Shown piece by piece: positions 1-10,046 of a stretch of DNA of 64,000 bases (its first letter is position 1; every line of letters begins with the position of its first letter). The notes under the pieces were generated by a model. That model was not told the DNA's origin, searched no databases, and worked only from the letters and a program-made list of their open reading frames with translations. Made by a program: the position numbers and the translations under genes. This DNA comes from Limnochordia bacterium (GTDB lineage: Bacteria; Bacillota; Limnochordia; DTU080): the NCBI GenBank assembly GCA_050951545.1, contig JBMNJG010000007.1, positions 384,001-448,000 on the forward strand. Reading direction: 5' to 3'.

Positions 1-659
1 TCCCTTTCTGCAATATAGATCCTCGGGCCGTGAGCAATTCGCCTGACGCTCCGCTTGATGAGCTCATGCTCTATTACGAGGAACAAGGTTATAAAGGTAT
101 CGGCGAGGTTTGTGCCAACCTACCGTTTGAGCATCCCTTGGTCAGGAATCTCTTCAAGCACGCTGAGGCCGTTGGCTTTCCACTGACGTTTCACATCGCT
201 GCTCAGATTGGCGGCATCTACGGCTTGTATGACGACCCAGGCCTTCCTCAGCTTGAGCGGAGCCTGCAGGACTTTCCGGGGCTGCGCTTTCTCGCCCATT
301 CCCAGACGTTTTGGGCCGAAATGGCTCCGCTTGAAAACACGAGAGACCGCTACGGTTATCCGAAGTACCCAATCAAAGAAGAAGGGGTAGTCCCCAAGCT
401 CTTCCGGCGCTACGAGAACCTTCTAGGTGATTTGTCTGCAGGTAGCGGGCATAACGCTCTGGCACGGGACGAAGCGTATGCTGTAGAGTTCCTCGACGAG
501 TTTCAAGATCGGCTGTTCTTTGGCACAGACATATGTGCGCCAGATACTCCTACTCCCTTGGTGGATCTCCTTCTTCGGTTGCGGGATGAGAAGAAGATAA
601 GTGAGACAGTTTTCGAGAAAGTGGCCAGGGGTAACGCCAAGAAGCTCTTCGGGATGTAA
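1..659 (+). CDS. Amidohydrolase family protein (Amidohydro_2-like), 5' truncated by window edge
   Basis: Frame open from the window start (PFCNIDPR...); motifs KGIGE, PLTFH, FLAHS, LFFGTD, NAKKLF. Confidence 0.8.
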   Translation, partial: PFCNIDPRAVSNSPDAPLDELMLYYEEQGYKGIGEVCANLPFEHPLVRNLFKHAEAVGFPLTFHIAAQIGGIYGLYDDPGLPQLERSLQDFPGLRFLAHSQTFWAEMAPLENTRDRYGYPKYPIKEEGVVPKLFRRYENLLGDLSAGSGHNALARDEAYAVEFLDEFQDRLFFGTDICAPDTPTPLVDLLLRLRDEKKISETVFEKVARGNAKKLFGM

Positions 660-734
660 TGCTCGGTAACGGACGCGGCTGTCGCGACAGGGTTGATGCC
701 CACGGCAGCCGCACTCTGCTCTTCTCCAGCAGAT

Positions 735-1208
735 CTACTGGATATTGTACATGCCGTGCTGGTTCATGTAGTTAAAGATACCCTCGCCGTGTTGCTGCTC
801 TTCTTTCTGGATGTGCTGTAGCGTCTGTCGTACCGCAGGGTTCGCTGACTCGAAAATCGCCGTATCGTATGCTCCTGAGACGAATTTCTCTGTGGTTAGG
901 GCATCTTGACAGAGCTGCGCATCTGGCTGGTTGCTTAGACCAGAACGCCCTCTCACTTGGGCACCCGGCGTTGACTGAAACTGCTGCCCTTGCTGCCCTG
1001 AGGACATATTGGGCTGCTGACCCTGGAGCAATTGCGTAATGCTGTTGTGGTGCTGTTGCTCGTGCGACCCATATTCGCGGAATAGTTGCTGCAGCGGTGG
1101 ATCCTGAGCTTGTTGCGCATAGTTGGCATACTTCGTGATACACAGCTCCTCATGATGTAGCATGTCCTGAAGGTACATTCGCTCTTTCTGTGAGAGCTGC
1201 ACGCCCAT
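735..1208 (-). CDS. Spore coat / ferritin-like domain protein (Coat F-like, two helical halves)
   Basis: LQDMLHHEELCITKY...EQQH and DALTTEKFVSGAYD...IQKEEQQHGEGIFNYM; RBS AGAGGTG before ATG at 1208. Confidence 0.75.
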   Translation of the reverse strand: MGVQLSQKERMYLQDMLHHEELCITKYANYAQQAQDPPLQQLFREYGSHEQQHHNSITQLLQGQQPNMSSGQQGQQFQSTPGAQVRGRSGLSNQPDAQLCQDALTTEKFVSGAYDTAIFESANPAVRQTLQHIQKEEQQHGEGIFNYMNQHGMYNIQ

Positions 1209-1225
1209 CGCTATCACCTCTTTCT

Positions 1226-1255
1226 GAGGATGTGTGGATCAGGCGCTTCTTATCC
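1226..1255 (-). promoter_or_regulatory. Possible SigG-type sporulation promoter
   Basis: Minus strand GGATA-N18-CATCCTC vs consensus GNATR-N18-CATNNTA, directly upstream of the coat-like gene. Confidence 0.3.
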
Positions 1256-1306
1256 ATGATCTCTGCTGGTCGAGGTTCCAGAATAGAAATGGAGGTAGAC
1301 AAAGCC

Positions 1307-2602
1307 ATGGGTAACAAGGTTGGGATTGGCAAACTTTTGGTGCTGCTTTTCGTTGGCATACTTCTGTGCACGAACACCGCCTTTGGGAAGACCAAGCTTC
1401 ATTATCGGTACAATTTCTACGGTGGACAGATCTTCAAGCAGGAAGCTATGGAAGAGATAGTCCAGACCTTCAACCGCTCTCATCCAGAGATCGAGGTCGA
1501 AGCCTTTGCCTTCCAGATTTCAGGAGGCTCAGCCTATGACCAGCTCGTCACGCTCATCATCTCGGGTGCTGCGCCCGATGTGGTGGAGATTGAGAACTCC
1601 GCAGTGATCGAGTTTGCTTCGCGAGGCTTGCTAGAGCCGCTAGACGAGCTTTACACTCGTGAGAAGCTTCTAGCGGATTTCTGGCCTGCCGATGCCATGG
1701 AAGACATCTGGCGGGGACGGGTATGGGGGATACCGAAGTACACGAACGTGCGAGGATTGGTCTGGAACGTCGGCATACTCGACGAGATCGGCATGAACTC
1801 GTCACGCGGCCCTACCACCTGGCTGGAGTTAGAGCAGCTGACACGGAAGGGCATGAAGACAAACGCTGACGGCAGCATCGTCCGCATGGGTTTCGTGCCT
1901 TTCCAGGGGTCATACGCGGTTGGCGGCTGGCTCTGGGCATTTGGGGGTGGCATCTACGACTGGAATACTGGCGAGCCGATCTTGGAGGCGGAAGCGAATG
2001 TAAGGGCGTGGGAGTGGATGCAGGAGTGGACCACTCGCTATCCGCCCCAGAACTTCAGATTCGCAACCCGTGGCACTAGTGGTGCCCATGGAAACTTCTT
2101 GGCGGGTTGCGTGGCCGCAGTGACGGCGGCAGACAACGGTGCTGCTCAGTTCTTGACTCTCGCTCCCGATCTGGGTTTTCTTACCGGGCGAGTGCCGTTC
2201 CCTGAAGGGGGGCGCAATGGTACCTGGGGTGGCGGTCTTGGCTGGGCCATTCCTAGGGGCTCCACACGTAACAAGCGGGAGGCCTTAGCGTTCATGCAGT
2301 GGCTAGCCACTGAGGGCGCACTCCTCAACTACGCGATGCGTGACGAGTTCCCCACGAACCGAGCAGTGGCACAGAAGGTCATCCGGACCCTGAAATCAGA
2401 CGATAAGCGCATCCCAATGCTCAACCAGATGGATGAGCGCAATCCACGTCCCCCCCTTTGGTCCAACGTTCACGGTCGGTTGACCTCGGTCTTCAATAGC
2501 AGCATCATTGGGGTCAGTCGCGGAAATCCACGGGAAGCACTAGCCAACCTGCAGCGCGAGTTCGTGCCTTTGTACGAGGCCATCCGGTTGGGTAGTGAGT
2601 AG
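1307..2602 (+). CDS. Carbohydrate ABC transporter extracellular solute-binding protein
   Basis: Signal peptide; FNRSHPEIEVE, GAAPDV, LEPLDEL, PTTWLEL; RBS GGAGG. Confidence 0.85.
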   Translation: MGNKVGIGKLLVLLFVGILLCTNTAFGKTKLHYRYNFYGGQIFKQEAMEEIVQTFNRSHPEIEVEAFAFQISGGSAYDQLVTLIISGAAPDVVEIENSAVIEFASRGLLEPLDELYTREKLLADFWPADAMEDIWRGRVWGIPKYTNVRGLVWNVGILDEIGMNSSRGPTTWLELEQLTRKGMKTNADGSIVRMGFVPFQGSYAVGGWLWAFGGGIYDWNTGEPILEAEANVRAWEWMQEWTTRYPPQNFRFATRGTSGAHGNFLAGCVAAVTAADNGAAQFLTLAPDLGFLTGRVPFPEGGRNGTWGGGLGWAIPRGSTRNKREALAFMQWLATEGALLNYAMRDEFPTNRAVAQKVIRTLKSDDKRIPMLNQMDERNPRPPLWSNVHGRLTSVFNSSIIGVSRGNPREALANLQREFVPLYEAIRLGSE

Positions 2603-2623
2603 ACAATGACGGAGGAGAGTAGC

Positions 2624-3997
2624 GTGACAGACAACAAGACAGACAGGAACGTCACCAATGTGCGCGCTTTTGGGGCGCGGGGAGACGGGGTTCACGATGA
2701 TGCGGATGCTCTGGAAGCAGCCTTCGCGTCGGGCACAGGTCTGGTTTATCTGCCGCAGGGCAGATATAGAATTGGCCGCAGCATTCGGGTGGATCTGGGT
2801 CAGACTGGGCGGATCAGGGTAAAAGGTGCCGGGGCCACGATCGTGAATTGCGGCTCTGGTCCAGCCCTTGATGTGGTGGGTCATCACCTGGGTACAGCTG
2901 GGCCGGAGACGGTGACCAAGGAGACGTATCGCTTAGAAGTGATGCCTCTATTCGAAGGTTTTGAGATCGTCGGTGAGCATCCCGAGGCTGATGGTGTTCG
3001 CTTGGAGAACACCATCATGGCCACGTTTCAGGCGCTTCTTATTAGACGTTGCCGCTATGGCATCCATCTACTTAACAGGAATCGCAACGTGATCATTGCA
3101 GACTGTCACCTGTTCGACAATCTAGGCTTGGGCGTTTACCTCGAGAATGCGAATCTCCACCAGATCAATGTCTACGGTTGTCATATCCACGCGAATGCTG
3201 GCGGAGGCATTAAGGCCGAGGCCGGGCCCGGGGGCATACGCAACATCCAAATCGTTGGTAACGATATCGAGTATAACCATGCATCGGGTGGTCACGATGT
3301 TCACTTCGTGTGCGGGCCAGTCGGTGTGCGCGAAGGTACTATCGTGGGGAACACGATTCAGGCTACCGCCGGATGCGGCGGTGCCAACGTATGTATCGAG
3401 GGTCATGCGCCAAAGGGTTGTCTCAAGGGAGGCCTCATCTCGATTACTGGCAACCACATCTCCAACCAAGATGTAAACATCAAGATCACCCACAGCCGAG
3501 GTATAGCGATATCCGGGAACACGCTGATTCGGGGCACTAAGCGCAACATCCTGATCACGCATTCCGAGCATGTTGCTATAGGTCCCAACGTCTTGGATGA
3601 CAATCCTGACTACGGGGGCGATACACTGGGTGGGATCCATTTAGAGCACAGCCGCAACTGCACGGTGCAGGGCGTGGTCATGTCGAACCCTGCTGGCGGA
3701 GAAGCTACCAGGGGTGGTAGCATTGAAGCTGTGAATTGCTCAGGGTTAAACATCACGGGCTGTAACCTGAGCGATCCGCACGTGCGGGGCATCTCTTTGG
3801 AGAACGTATGTGATTCCCGTGTGTCGGATTGCGTGATCCTTGAGACTGGTGAGCCTCGAATGCGAGCGGCCATTGCGGAGACAGGCCAAAGCGACCGCAA
3901 CATGATTATGGGCAATCGCGTGAAGAGGGGCCTTAGGGCCGACATCTATACTGTGGGCGCTCAGACTCTAGTGACTGGTAACTTGTGTACGGATTAG
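2624..3997 (+). CDS. Right-handed parallel beta-helix protein (pectate lyase 3 / GH28-like N-terminus)
   Basis: NVRAFGARGDGVHDDADALEAA...VYLPQGRY motif; repeated I-x-G-N beta-helix turns; RBS GGAGGA before GTG 2624 (ORF opens at 2606). Confidence 0.8.
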   Translation: MTDNKTDRNVTNVRAFGARGDGVHDDADALEAAFASGTGLVYLPQGRYRIGRSIRVDLGQTGRIRVKGAGATIVNCGSGPALDVVGHHLGTAGPETVTKETYRLEVMPLFEGFEIVGEHPEADGVRLENTIMATFQALLIRRCRYGIHLLNRNRNVIIADCHLFDNLGLGVYLENANLHQINVYGCHIHANAGGGIKAEAGPGGIRNIQIVGNDIEYNHASGGHDVHFVCGPVGVREGTIVGNTIQATAGCGGANVCIEGHAPKGCLKGGLISITGNHISNQDVNIKITHSRGIAISGNTLIRGTKRNILITHSEHVAIGPNVLDDNPDYGGDTLGGIHLEHSRNCTVQGVVMSNPAGGEATRGGSIEAVNCSGLNITGCNLSDPHVRGISLENVCDSRVSDCVILETGEPRMRAAIAETGQSDRNMIMGNRVKRGLRADIYTVGAQTLVTGNLCTD

Positions 3998-4018
3998 GTG
4001 TACAGATCTTGACCTACT

Positions 4019-4057
4019 AACGAGCCCGGCCGCTTGGCGACCGGGCTCGTTGTTTTC
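4019..4057 (+). terminator. Intrinsic terminator
   Basis: AACGAGCCCGG...CCGGGCTCGTT stem followed by GTTTTCT, between convergent genes. Confidence 0.8.
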
Positions 4058-4087
4058 TAGCCTAGTGCTGATGCGCATCGAAGCCCG

Positions 4088-5209
4088 TTATTCCTGACCG
4101 CCCAGGGATCGAGCTACCTCTTGCAGCTGGGCGATGATCGGAATCCTCTGGGGGCACTTTGGTTCGCAGGTGCCACACTCTTGGCACGCCTCGGCTTTGA
4201 GGCCGGAATCGCCGCCCAGTTTGGCATAAAGGGACCTTGCGTAATCGGTCAGACCGTAGACGCGATGGTAGTTCATGATCTTGAAGTTCTGCGCTATGTT
4301 GACACCATGGGGGCAGGGCATACAGTACTCACAGCCAGTGCAGTACAGCGCGGCAAGCTCCTTGTTGCGCCTGAGCGCTTCGTCGATAGCTTGATGCTCT
4401 TCAGGGCTCAGCGCTTCAACGAGGGAAGCGACTGCTGCGTTCTCCTCGACCATCTGTACGGTGTTCATGCCCGACAGGGCCACGTTTACGTGGGGATTGG
4501 CAAACACAAAGCGCAGGGCAGTCTCTGCGGTGCTCTTGGCCCCTGGAGCCAGGCCAGTGATGATCTCCGACGGATGTGCGAGGCGACCGCCACCGACCGG
4601 ACCCATGATGCAAACAGCGACACCTTTGGAGGCGGCATAGGCGATCATCTCTTCGTTACTGCGGTCCAATAAGTTGTACTGACACAACACAGAGGTCATC
4701 TGTGCGGAATCGATGATCTCCTTCATCACAACAGGGCGGTCGTGAAACGAGAAGGAGCAATACCTGATAAGCCCCTCGTCCTTCGCTTTGGCCACCTCGT
4801 CAAAGAGGTTGAGACCGAGTACTTTCTCGCGGTACACCGTGCCGTTAAGCGCATGGAAGTGATAGAAATCGATGTGGTCGGTGTCTAGTTTCCGAAGCTG
4901 CTCTTCGAGAAGACGGCGGTAGTCACTTGGCTTTGACACATGGCCCATGGGGCACTTTGTGGAGAGGTAGACCTTATCTCGCCAGCCCTTTAGAGCTTTG
5001 CCCACCGCAATCTCACTAGTGCCGTTACAGTAACCGTAGGCGGTGTCAATGTAGTTGACTCCGAGTTCAAATGCTCGGTGGATAATCTGCAGAGCCTTGT
5101 CATAGTCGACATGGTCTTTGTCCGCGCCGTCTGCCATGGGCAATCTCATGGCCCCAAATCCTAGACGTGACAGCACTATGCCAGTGTTACCAAACGGTTT
5201 GTATTGCAC
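4088..5209 (-). CDS. Aldo/keto reductase with C-terminal 4Fe-4S dicluster
   Basis: LGFGAMRLP, GVNYIDTAYGY, YLSTK; CTGCEYCMPCP and CQECGTCEPKCP. Confidence 0.9.
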   Translation of the reverse strand: MQYKPFGNTGIVLSRLGFGAMRLPMADGADKDHVDYDKALQIIHRAFELGVNYIDTAYGYCNGTSEIAVGKALKGWRDKVYLSTKCPMGHVSKPSDYRRLLEEQLRKLDTDHIDFYHFHALNGTVYREKVLGLNLFDEVAKAKDEGLIRYCSFSFHDRPVVMKEIIDSAQMTSVLCQYNLLDRSNEEMIAYAASKGVAVCIMGPVGGGRLAHPSEIITGLAPGAKSTAETALRFVFANPHVNVALSGMNTVQMVEENAAVASLVEALSPEEHQAIDEALRRNKELAALYCTGCEYCMPCPHGVNIAQNFKIMNYHRVYGLTDYARSLYAKLGGDSGLKAEACQECGTCEPKCPQRIPIIAQLQEVARSLGGQE

Positions 5210-5527
5210 GCTTGTCACCTCGTTAATCGGTCAGATCGCTGTTGCCGGATTGCCGTTCGCAATATAAACCATTTCCCTGCGAGCAGGCATCTTCCTCCCT
5301 AAGGATCGTGTTACGCTGTAGGAATGTCGGCGGCTGCTCTCAGTTGGTCGTCGACACGCGTACCCCTTTTCTCGCTTCGATACGTGTGGGGGCAGGATGA
5401 CACAGGACATCTGGAGCCCGTGTCGAAAAAGCAATGCAGTTGTCTGAGATGCGGCACGCAGCAGTACGTCCAGTGCACATGAGCGTGCGGCAAAGACTCC
5501 AATGTCAGGATGGGGGTAGCCAGCTTT

Positions 5528-6616
5528 ATGCGGAAGTTCAAGGTGGGAATCATCGGTGTAGGCGGAATCGCCAACGGCAAGCACATGCCCGCTCTATCGA
5601 AGCTAAGCAACGTAGAGATCGTAGCGTTCTGTGACATCATCAAAGAGAGGGCCGTTGAGGGAGCGAAGAAGTACGGTGCGCCTGATGCCAAGGTGTACAC
5701 AGACTATCGTGACCTGGTGGCGCGAAAAGATATCGATGTTGTGCATGTATGTACACCGAATCTTTATCACTCTGAGATGGCGGTAGCGGCGCTTGAGTCG
5801 GGCAAGCATGTGATGTGTGAGAAACCCATGGCTATCGACTACGCTGGTGCCAAAGCTATGGTGGAGGCGTCCAAGCGCACGGGCAAGAAGCTGACAGTAG
5901 GCTATCAGAGCAGGTATCGTCCAGATTCCTCGTACCTCAAGAGCTACATTGACGATGGCGGTCTGGGCGAGATCTACTTCGCTAAGGCCATTGCTGTCCG
6001 GCGCCGAGCTGTCCCGACGTGGGGGGTCTTCCTCGACGAGGAGAAGCAGGGCGGGGGTCCGTTGATCGACATTGGTACGCATGCTCTCGACCTTACCCTC
6101 TGGTTCATGAACAACTACAGGTGGGAGTCGGTCATGGGCAGCAGCTACAAGAAGCTAAGCCAGCGCGAGAACGCGGCCAATGCTTGGGGACCATGGGATC
6201 CGAAGAAGTACACCGTCGAGGACTCTGCCTTCGGTTTTGTCCGTTTTGAGGATGGTGCCACAGTGATCCTTGAGTCAAGCTGGGCGCTAAACACGCTGCA
6301 GGTGGCTGAGGCTGTGAGCTTGGTGTGCGGCACCGAGGGCGGTGCTGACTTCGCTGATGGGTTGCGGATCAATGGCGAGAAGTACAGCCGACTGTACACC
6401 ATTAAGCCTGAACTCAAGAGCGGTGGGGTGGCCTTCTACGAGGGCCGGTCAGAGACACCACAGGATGTCGAGGCGCGTCTGTTCTACCAAGCCATTGCCG
6501 ATGACACGGATCCAGTAGTACTGCCTGAGCAGGCAGCGGTGGTCACCCAGATTCTCGAAGCGATCTATGAGTCTGCCAAGACAGGCAAGCCAGTTTACAA
6601 CCCTGATCTGGCCTAG
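5528..6616 (+). CDS. Gfo/Idh/MocA family oxidoreductase
   Basis: KVGIIGVGGIA, HVMCEKPMA, GGGPLIDIGTHALD. Confidence 0.9.
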   Translation: MRKFKVGIIGVGGIANGKHMPALSKLSNVEIVAFCDIIKERAVEGAKKYGAPDAKVYTDYRDLVARKDIDVVHVCTPNLYHSEMAVAALESGKHVMCEKPMAIDYAGAKAMVEASKRTGKKLTVGYQSRYRPDSSYLKSYIDDGGLGEIYFAKAIAVRRRAVPTWGVFLDEEKQGGGPLIDIGTHALDLTLWFMNNYRWESVMGSSYKKLSQRENAANAWGPWDPKKYTVEDSAFGFVRFEDGATVILESSWALNTLQVAEAVSLVCGTEGGADFADGLRINGEKYSRLYTIKPELKSGGVAFYEGRSETPQDVEARLFYQAIADDTDPVVLPEQAAVVTQILEAIYESAKTGKPVYNPDLA

Positions 6617-6799
6617 GAGTCGTGGAGCGCTTGACTCGTGGCGGTGGCTGGGGAGCACAACCACCGCCACGCCTATCATACGCCACCGACCGTGTGTGCC
6701 TTTCAGCGGAAGCGCATGGTCGTAGATAGCGAGCCGAGCTTGACCTATCGTTGTTTCATCATCTAGAATCTACTTGAGCTTCAGGTCGGACCTGTTGAC

Positions 6800-7777
6800 A
6801 TGAACTGGGGGTTTGAGCTCGTGCGTGGACTGTTTCGAGGCGCCGTTCCTTTCCTGACAATCGCCTTGTTAGTGGTCGGATGGGTACACACGGGGTACTG
6901 CGCCCCTGCGCAGGTGCGGGTGCTGGCACCGCCAGGCTTTGCTGCGCTGCCTTTGCTTTGGGCGCAAGAGACGGGGGCATTACCGCAAGTTGATCTCAAG
7001 ATCGATCTCTCACCCGATCATCAGCGATCGTTAAACCTGCTTGCCACTGGCCAGGGTGAGTTTCTCATTACGGGCCTCAATGTAGGCGCCAAGGCCTATG
7101 CGAAAGGTATCGGCTTGCAGCTGGTCAATGTCAATACGTGGGCGATCGATTATGTCGTGGCTCGAGACTCCAAAATCAAGAGCTGGGCAGACCTCGTTGG
7201 CAAGCGTGTCAGCCTTCCTTTGCAGGGAGGACCCTTGGATTTTCTCGTACAGTATCTGGTGGCTCGTGAAGGCATAGACCCGAACAAGATCCAGTATGTC
7301 TACACCTCCGTCCCCCAGTCTGTGCAGTTTTTCGCGCTAGGGCAGCTCGATGCAGTGGTGATTCCGGAACCGCAAGTGTCCCGGGTGCTGCAGTCAGACG
7401 CCAAGGCGAGAATTGTGTTGGATATCCAGAAAGAGTGGGCGAAATGGCACCGGGGTGATCCGGATGTGCCCTACGTGGCGCTTTTCGTGCGTACGTCGTA
7501 TGCGAAGCAGTACCCGGAGTTGGCCGACCAGGTAGCCCAGGCCTATGCCAAGGGTGTAGACTGGATGAACGCCAATCCACAAGCAGCGGCCAAACTGGGA
7601 GCGCGCACGTTGGGATTACCTGAAGCAGTAGTGCAGCAAGCTTTGACGCGGACCAAGATGCGGGTCTATGATCGGGCGCGTACCAAGGCCTTGACTCATG
7701 AGCATCTCGAAGAGATGCTGGAGTTCAGTGCCGATTTGGTGGGAGGCCGCGTTCCTGATGATGGGTTCTACCGCTAG
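6800..7777 (+). CDS. NitT/TauT (SsuA/THI5-like) ABC substrate-binding protein
   Basis: Signal peptide; IKSWADLVGKRV, GQLDAVVIPEP, WMNANPQAAA. Confidence 0.75.
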   Translation: MNWGFELVRGLFRGAVPFLTIALLVVGWVHTGYCAPAQVRVLAPPGFAALPLLWAQETGALPQVDLKIDLSPDHQRSLNLLATGQGEFLITGLNVGAKAYAKGIGLQLVNVNTWAIDYVVARDSKIKSWADLVGKRVSLPLQGGPLDFLVQYLVAREGIDPNKIQYVYTSVPQSVQFFALGQLDAVVIPEPQVSRVLQSDAKARIVLDIQKEWAKWHRGDPDVPYVALFVRTSYAKQYPELADQVAQAYAKGVDWMNANPQAAAKLGARTLGLPEAVVQQALTRTKMRVYDRARTKALTHEHLEEMLEFSADLVGGRVPDDGFYR

Positions 7778-8549
7778 CAGACGAGCAGGTGAAGCCAATG
7801 AATCACGCTGGCGAGTAGAGGCTTTTGTGGTAGGCCTCGTCATCCTCTTCGTATACTGGCAGCAACGATCTACTCATCTGCCATCGCTGGTATTGCCGAG
7901 TCCATCTGACACATGGGCTCGGCTTCGCTTTTTGTGGGGAAGCGGGCTCATCATGAAGGAGCTCGCGATCTCCCTGCGGCGCACTCTAGCTGGTTTTGGT
8001 TTGGCTTATGTGGCGGCACTTGTGGCGGGGATTGGCATGCAGCGCTATCGTCTGGTCCGGTTCTTTCTTCAGCCCTGGTTGACTGCTGTCCAAGTGGTGC
8101 CAGCGGTTATCTGGCTTGTTCTGTCGGTGCTTTGGTTTGGGATCGCCCGTGAGGTGACCCCCATCTTTGTGGTTTTCATTGTCTGCCTGCCTGTGGTGGT
8201 GGTGCAAGTGCGAGAGGGATTGGCTGCCATCCCGCGCGAGTTACTCGACTTGTCCGCCCTGGAGCCCATGGGGACTCTGATGTATACCAGGCATGTGTAC
8301 CTGCCCGCCCTGCAGCCGTTCCTGCTATCTGCCGCCACGTTGGGCTTCTCCTTCGCTTGGCGCTCGGTGGTCTTTGCCGAGTTTGCGGCCAGTAGTTCCG
8401 GGCTGGGTTACCAGCTGAGTCGCTCGTATCACAATCTAGCTACGGACGACGTGTTCGCCTGGACGATTGTGCTGGTCACTCTGATGTGGCTGTGGCAGGG
8501 CCTAGTTGTCGACCGCTGGCGTCAAGCGGGCAACCCGGTGAGCCTTTGA
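7758..8549 (+). CDS. NitT/TauT ABC transporter permease
   Basis: LPSPSDTW, SLRRTLAGF, LGFSFAWRSVVFAEF, SSGLGY; overlaps the upstream gene stop. Confidence 0.8.
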   Translation: MMGSTASRRAGEANESRWRVEAFVVGLVILFVYWQQRSTHLPSLVLPSPSDTWARLRFLWGSGLIMKELAISLRRTLAGFGLAYVAALVAGIGMQRYRLVRFFLQPWLTAVQVVPAVIWLVLSVLWFGIAREVTPIFVVFIVCLPVVVVQVREGLAAIPRELLDLSALEPMGTLMYTRHVYLPALQPFLLSAATLGFSFAWRSVVFAEFAASSSGLGYQLSRSYHNLATDDVFAWTIVLVTLMWLWQGLVVDRWRQAGNPVSL

Positions 8550-8699
8550 CGCGCTGCGGGACATTCCCCATCCCACGCGGGGCAAATTGTAACCCAATGT
8601 TAACCCTCATTCTGCCGAACCTGTGGTATGCTGGTAGTGCAGGAAGGCTGGGACCCGTTCTCGGCCGCCTAGTACAGCTATCATAGGAGGAAGGCAATA

Positions 8700-8849
8700 A
8701 TGGTTAAGTGCAAAGACTGCAACACGAAGACCTACGCATTCCGGGAGTATTGCCCGAACTGCAGCAGGAAGCTTACGCGCAGCCATCGTCGATTCCACTC
8801 GAACGCATTGCCCGCGTCTAGCTTCATCCTGGACGTACGGAGCAAGTAG
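8700..8849 (+). CDS. Small zinc-ribbon protein (49 aa; not in supplied ORF track)
   Basis: AGGAGG RBS at 8685-8690; MVKCKDCNTKTYAFREYCPNCSRKL... with CxxC-x10-CxxC. Confidence 0.6.
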   Translation: MVKCKDCNTKTYAFREYCPNCSRKLTRSHRRFHSNALPASSFILDVRSK

Positions 8850-8907
8850 GACAATGAAAAGTGGGATGCGCAAAAGACGACCCGGAGTCATAGAAGGACC
8901 ACGCATC

Positions 8908-8944
8908 AAGGCCGCCCTCTAGCCAAGAGAGCGGCCTTTGTTTT
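8908..8944 (+). terminator. Intrinsic terminator
   Basis: AAGGCCGC...GCGGCCTT stem then TGTTTT. Confidence 0.7.
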
Positions 8945-8947
8945 ATA

Positions 8948-9802
8948 GTGTTGGGGATGGGAGAGATGCTGATGCGCTACGATCCGGAGCATGTGCGTCG
9001 CTACTTCGATGAGTATGGCTCGAAAGAGTGGGATCGTCTCGCTTCCTCGCTAGAGTCTCAAGTGAGTTTTCATCTGCACCAGAAGTACCTGTTGGAGTAT
9101 GTGCATGGCGGTGATCGCGTACTGGAAGTGGGGCCGGGGCCCGGCCGTTTCACTCGAGAGTTGGCAGAACTAGGTGCTCGAGTGGTTGCTTTTGACATTT
9201 CGGCTGAGCAGCTACGTCTGAACCAACAGCGTATGAAGTGTGAGGGCGTAGCAGAGGCAGTCGAAGAGTGGGTTCAGGGCGATGTGACTGATCTTGGGCG
9301 CTTCGAAGATGGCGAGTTCGATGCTGTCGTCGCCTATGGAGGACCCCTGAGTTATGTATGTGATCGGGCTGATCAAGCGATGGCGGAGACGCTACGCGTG
9401 ACTCGAGCTGGAGGTCATGTGCTGCTAAGCGTTATGTCCCATCTGGGTACCACACGGCGTTTTCTTCCTGGAATTGTGGAGATGGCATTCCGGCATGGGC
9501 TAGATAAGGTCGATACGGTCACACGTACAGGCAATCTGCTGGGCGCTGTCGCAAGCGGCCATCATTGCCATATGTACCGTTGGAGTGAGTTGGAAGAGCT
9601 GTTGCAGGGGCACGCATGCGACATTGTCACGGCATCGGCATCTGGTTTCTTGGCCGTCCAAAACGAAGACACGCTAAGGCTGGCACATTCCCGCCTAGAG
9701 CTGTGGGAGACGTTTCTGCAATGGGAAGAGACGCTTTGCCAGGAGGCCGGAGCGCTTGATGGAGGCACCCACATTATTGCAGTGGTATGCAAACAGACCT
9801 AA
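8948..9802 (+). CDS. Class I SAM-dependent methyltransferase (start uncertain)
   Basis: RVLEVGPGPGRF motif I; VAFDIS; FDAVVAYGGPLSY. Confidence 0.85.
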   Translation: MLGMGEMLMRYDPEHVRRYFDEYGSKEWDRLASSLESQVSFHLHQKYLLEYVHGGDRVLEVGPGPGRFTRELAELGARVVAFDISAEQLRLNQQRMKCEGVAEAVEEWVQGDVTDLGRFEDGEFDAVVAYGGPLSYVCDRADQAMAETLRVTRAGGHVLLSVMSHLGTTRRFLPGIVEMAFRHGLDKVDTVTRTGNLLGAVASGHHCHMYRWSELEELLQGHACDIVTASASGFLAVQNEDTLRLAHSRLELWETFLQWEETLCQEAGALDGGTHIIAVVCKQT

Positions 9803-9857
9803 CACACGGCGCGTCGGAGCCGTGTGTAGGCAATGGAAGCCGCGGCTTGGCAGTGAT

Positions 9858-10046
9858 TCACAAACGCGGCACTTTACCACGGTCTTGGCGCTCGCAGGCT
9901 ACGAAATCCTTGCGGTGCTCAAAACGTAGTTCGAGGTGCGGAAGGTATTCCCGCGCGCTGTTGTAGCGTACGCAGCGTTCTTTACGCACCAGGCATTCCC
10001 GGTTACATGCCTCCACAAACTCATGCACAGTGAGAAGCCGTACCAT
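9858..10046 (-). CDS. Small hypothetical protein (62 aa)
   Basis: Strong RBS GGAGGTG upstream of ATG; sits in intergenic space. Confidence 0.45.
   Translation of the reverse strand: MVRLLTVHEFVEACNRECLVRKERCVRYNSAREYLPHLELRFEHRKDFVACERQDRGKVPRL

Noticed and set aside
6617-6790. Riboswitch upstream of the NitT/TauT transporter
   Set aside because: Only a strong hairpin (CGTGGCGGTGG/CCACCGCCACG) is visible; no TPP, SAM or cobalamin consensus was recognised.
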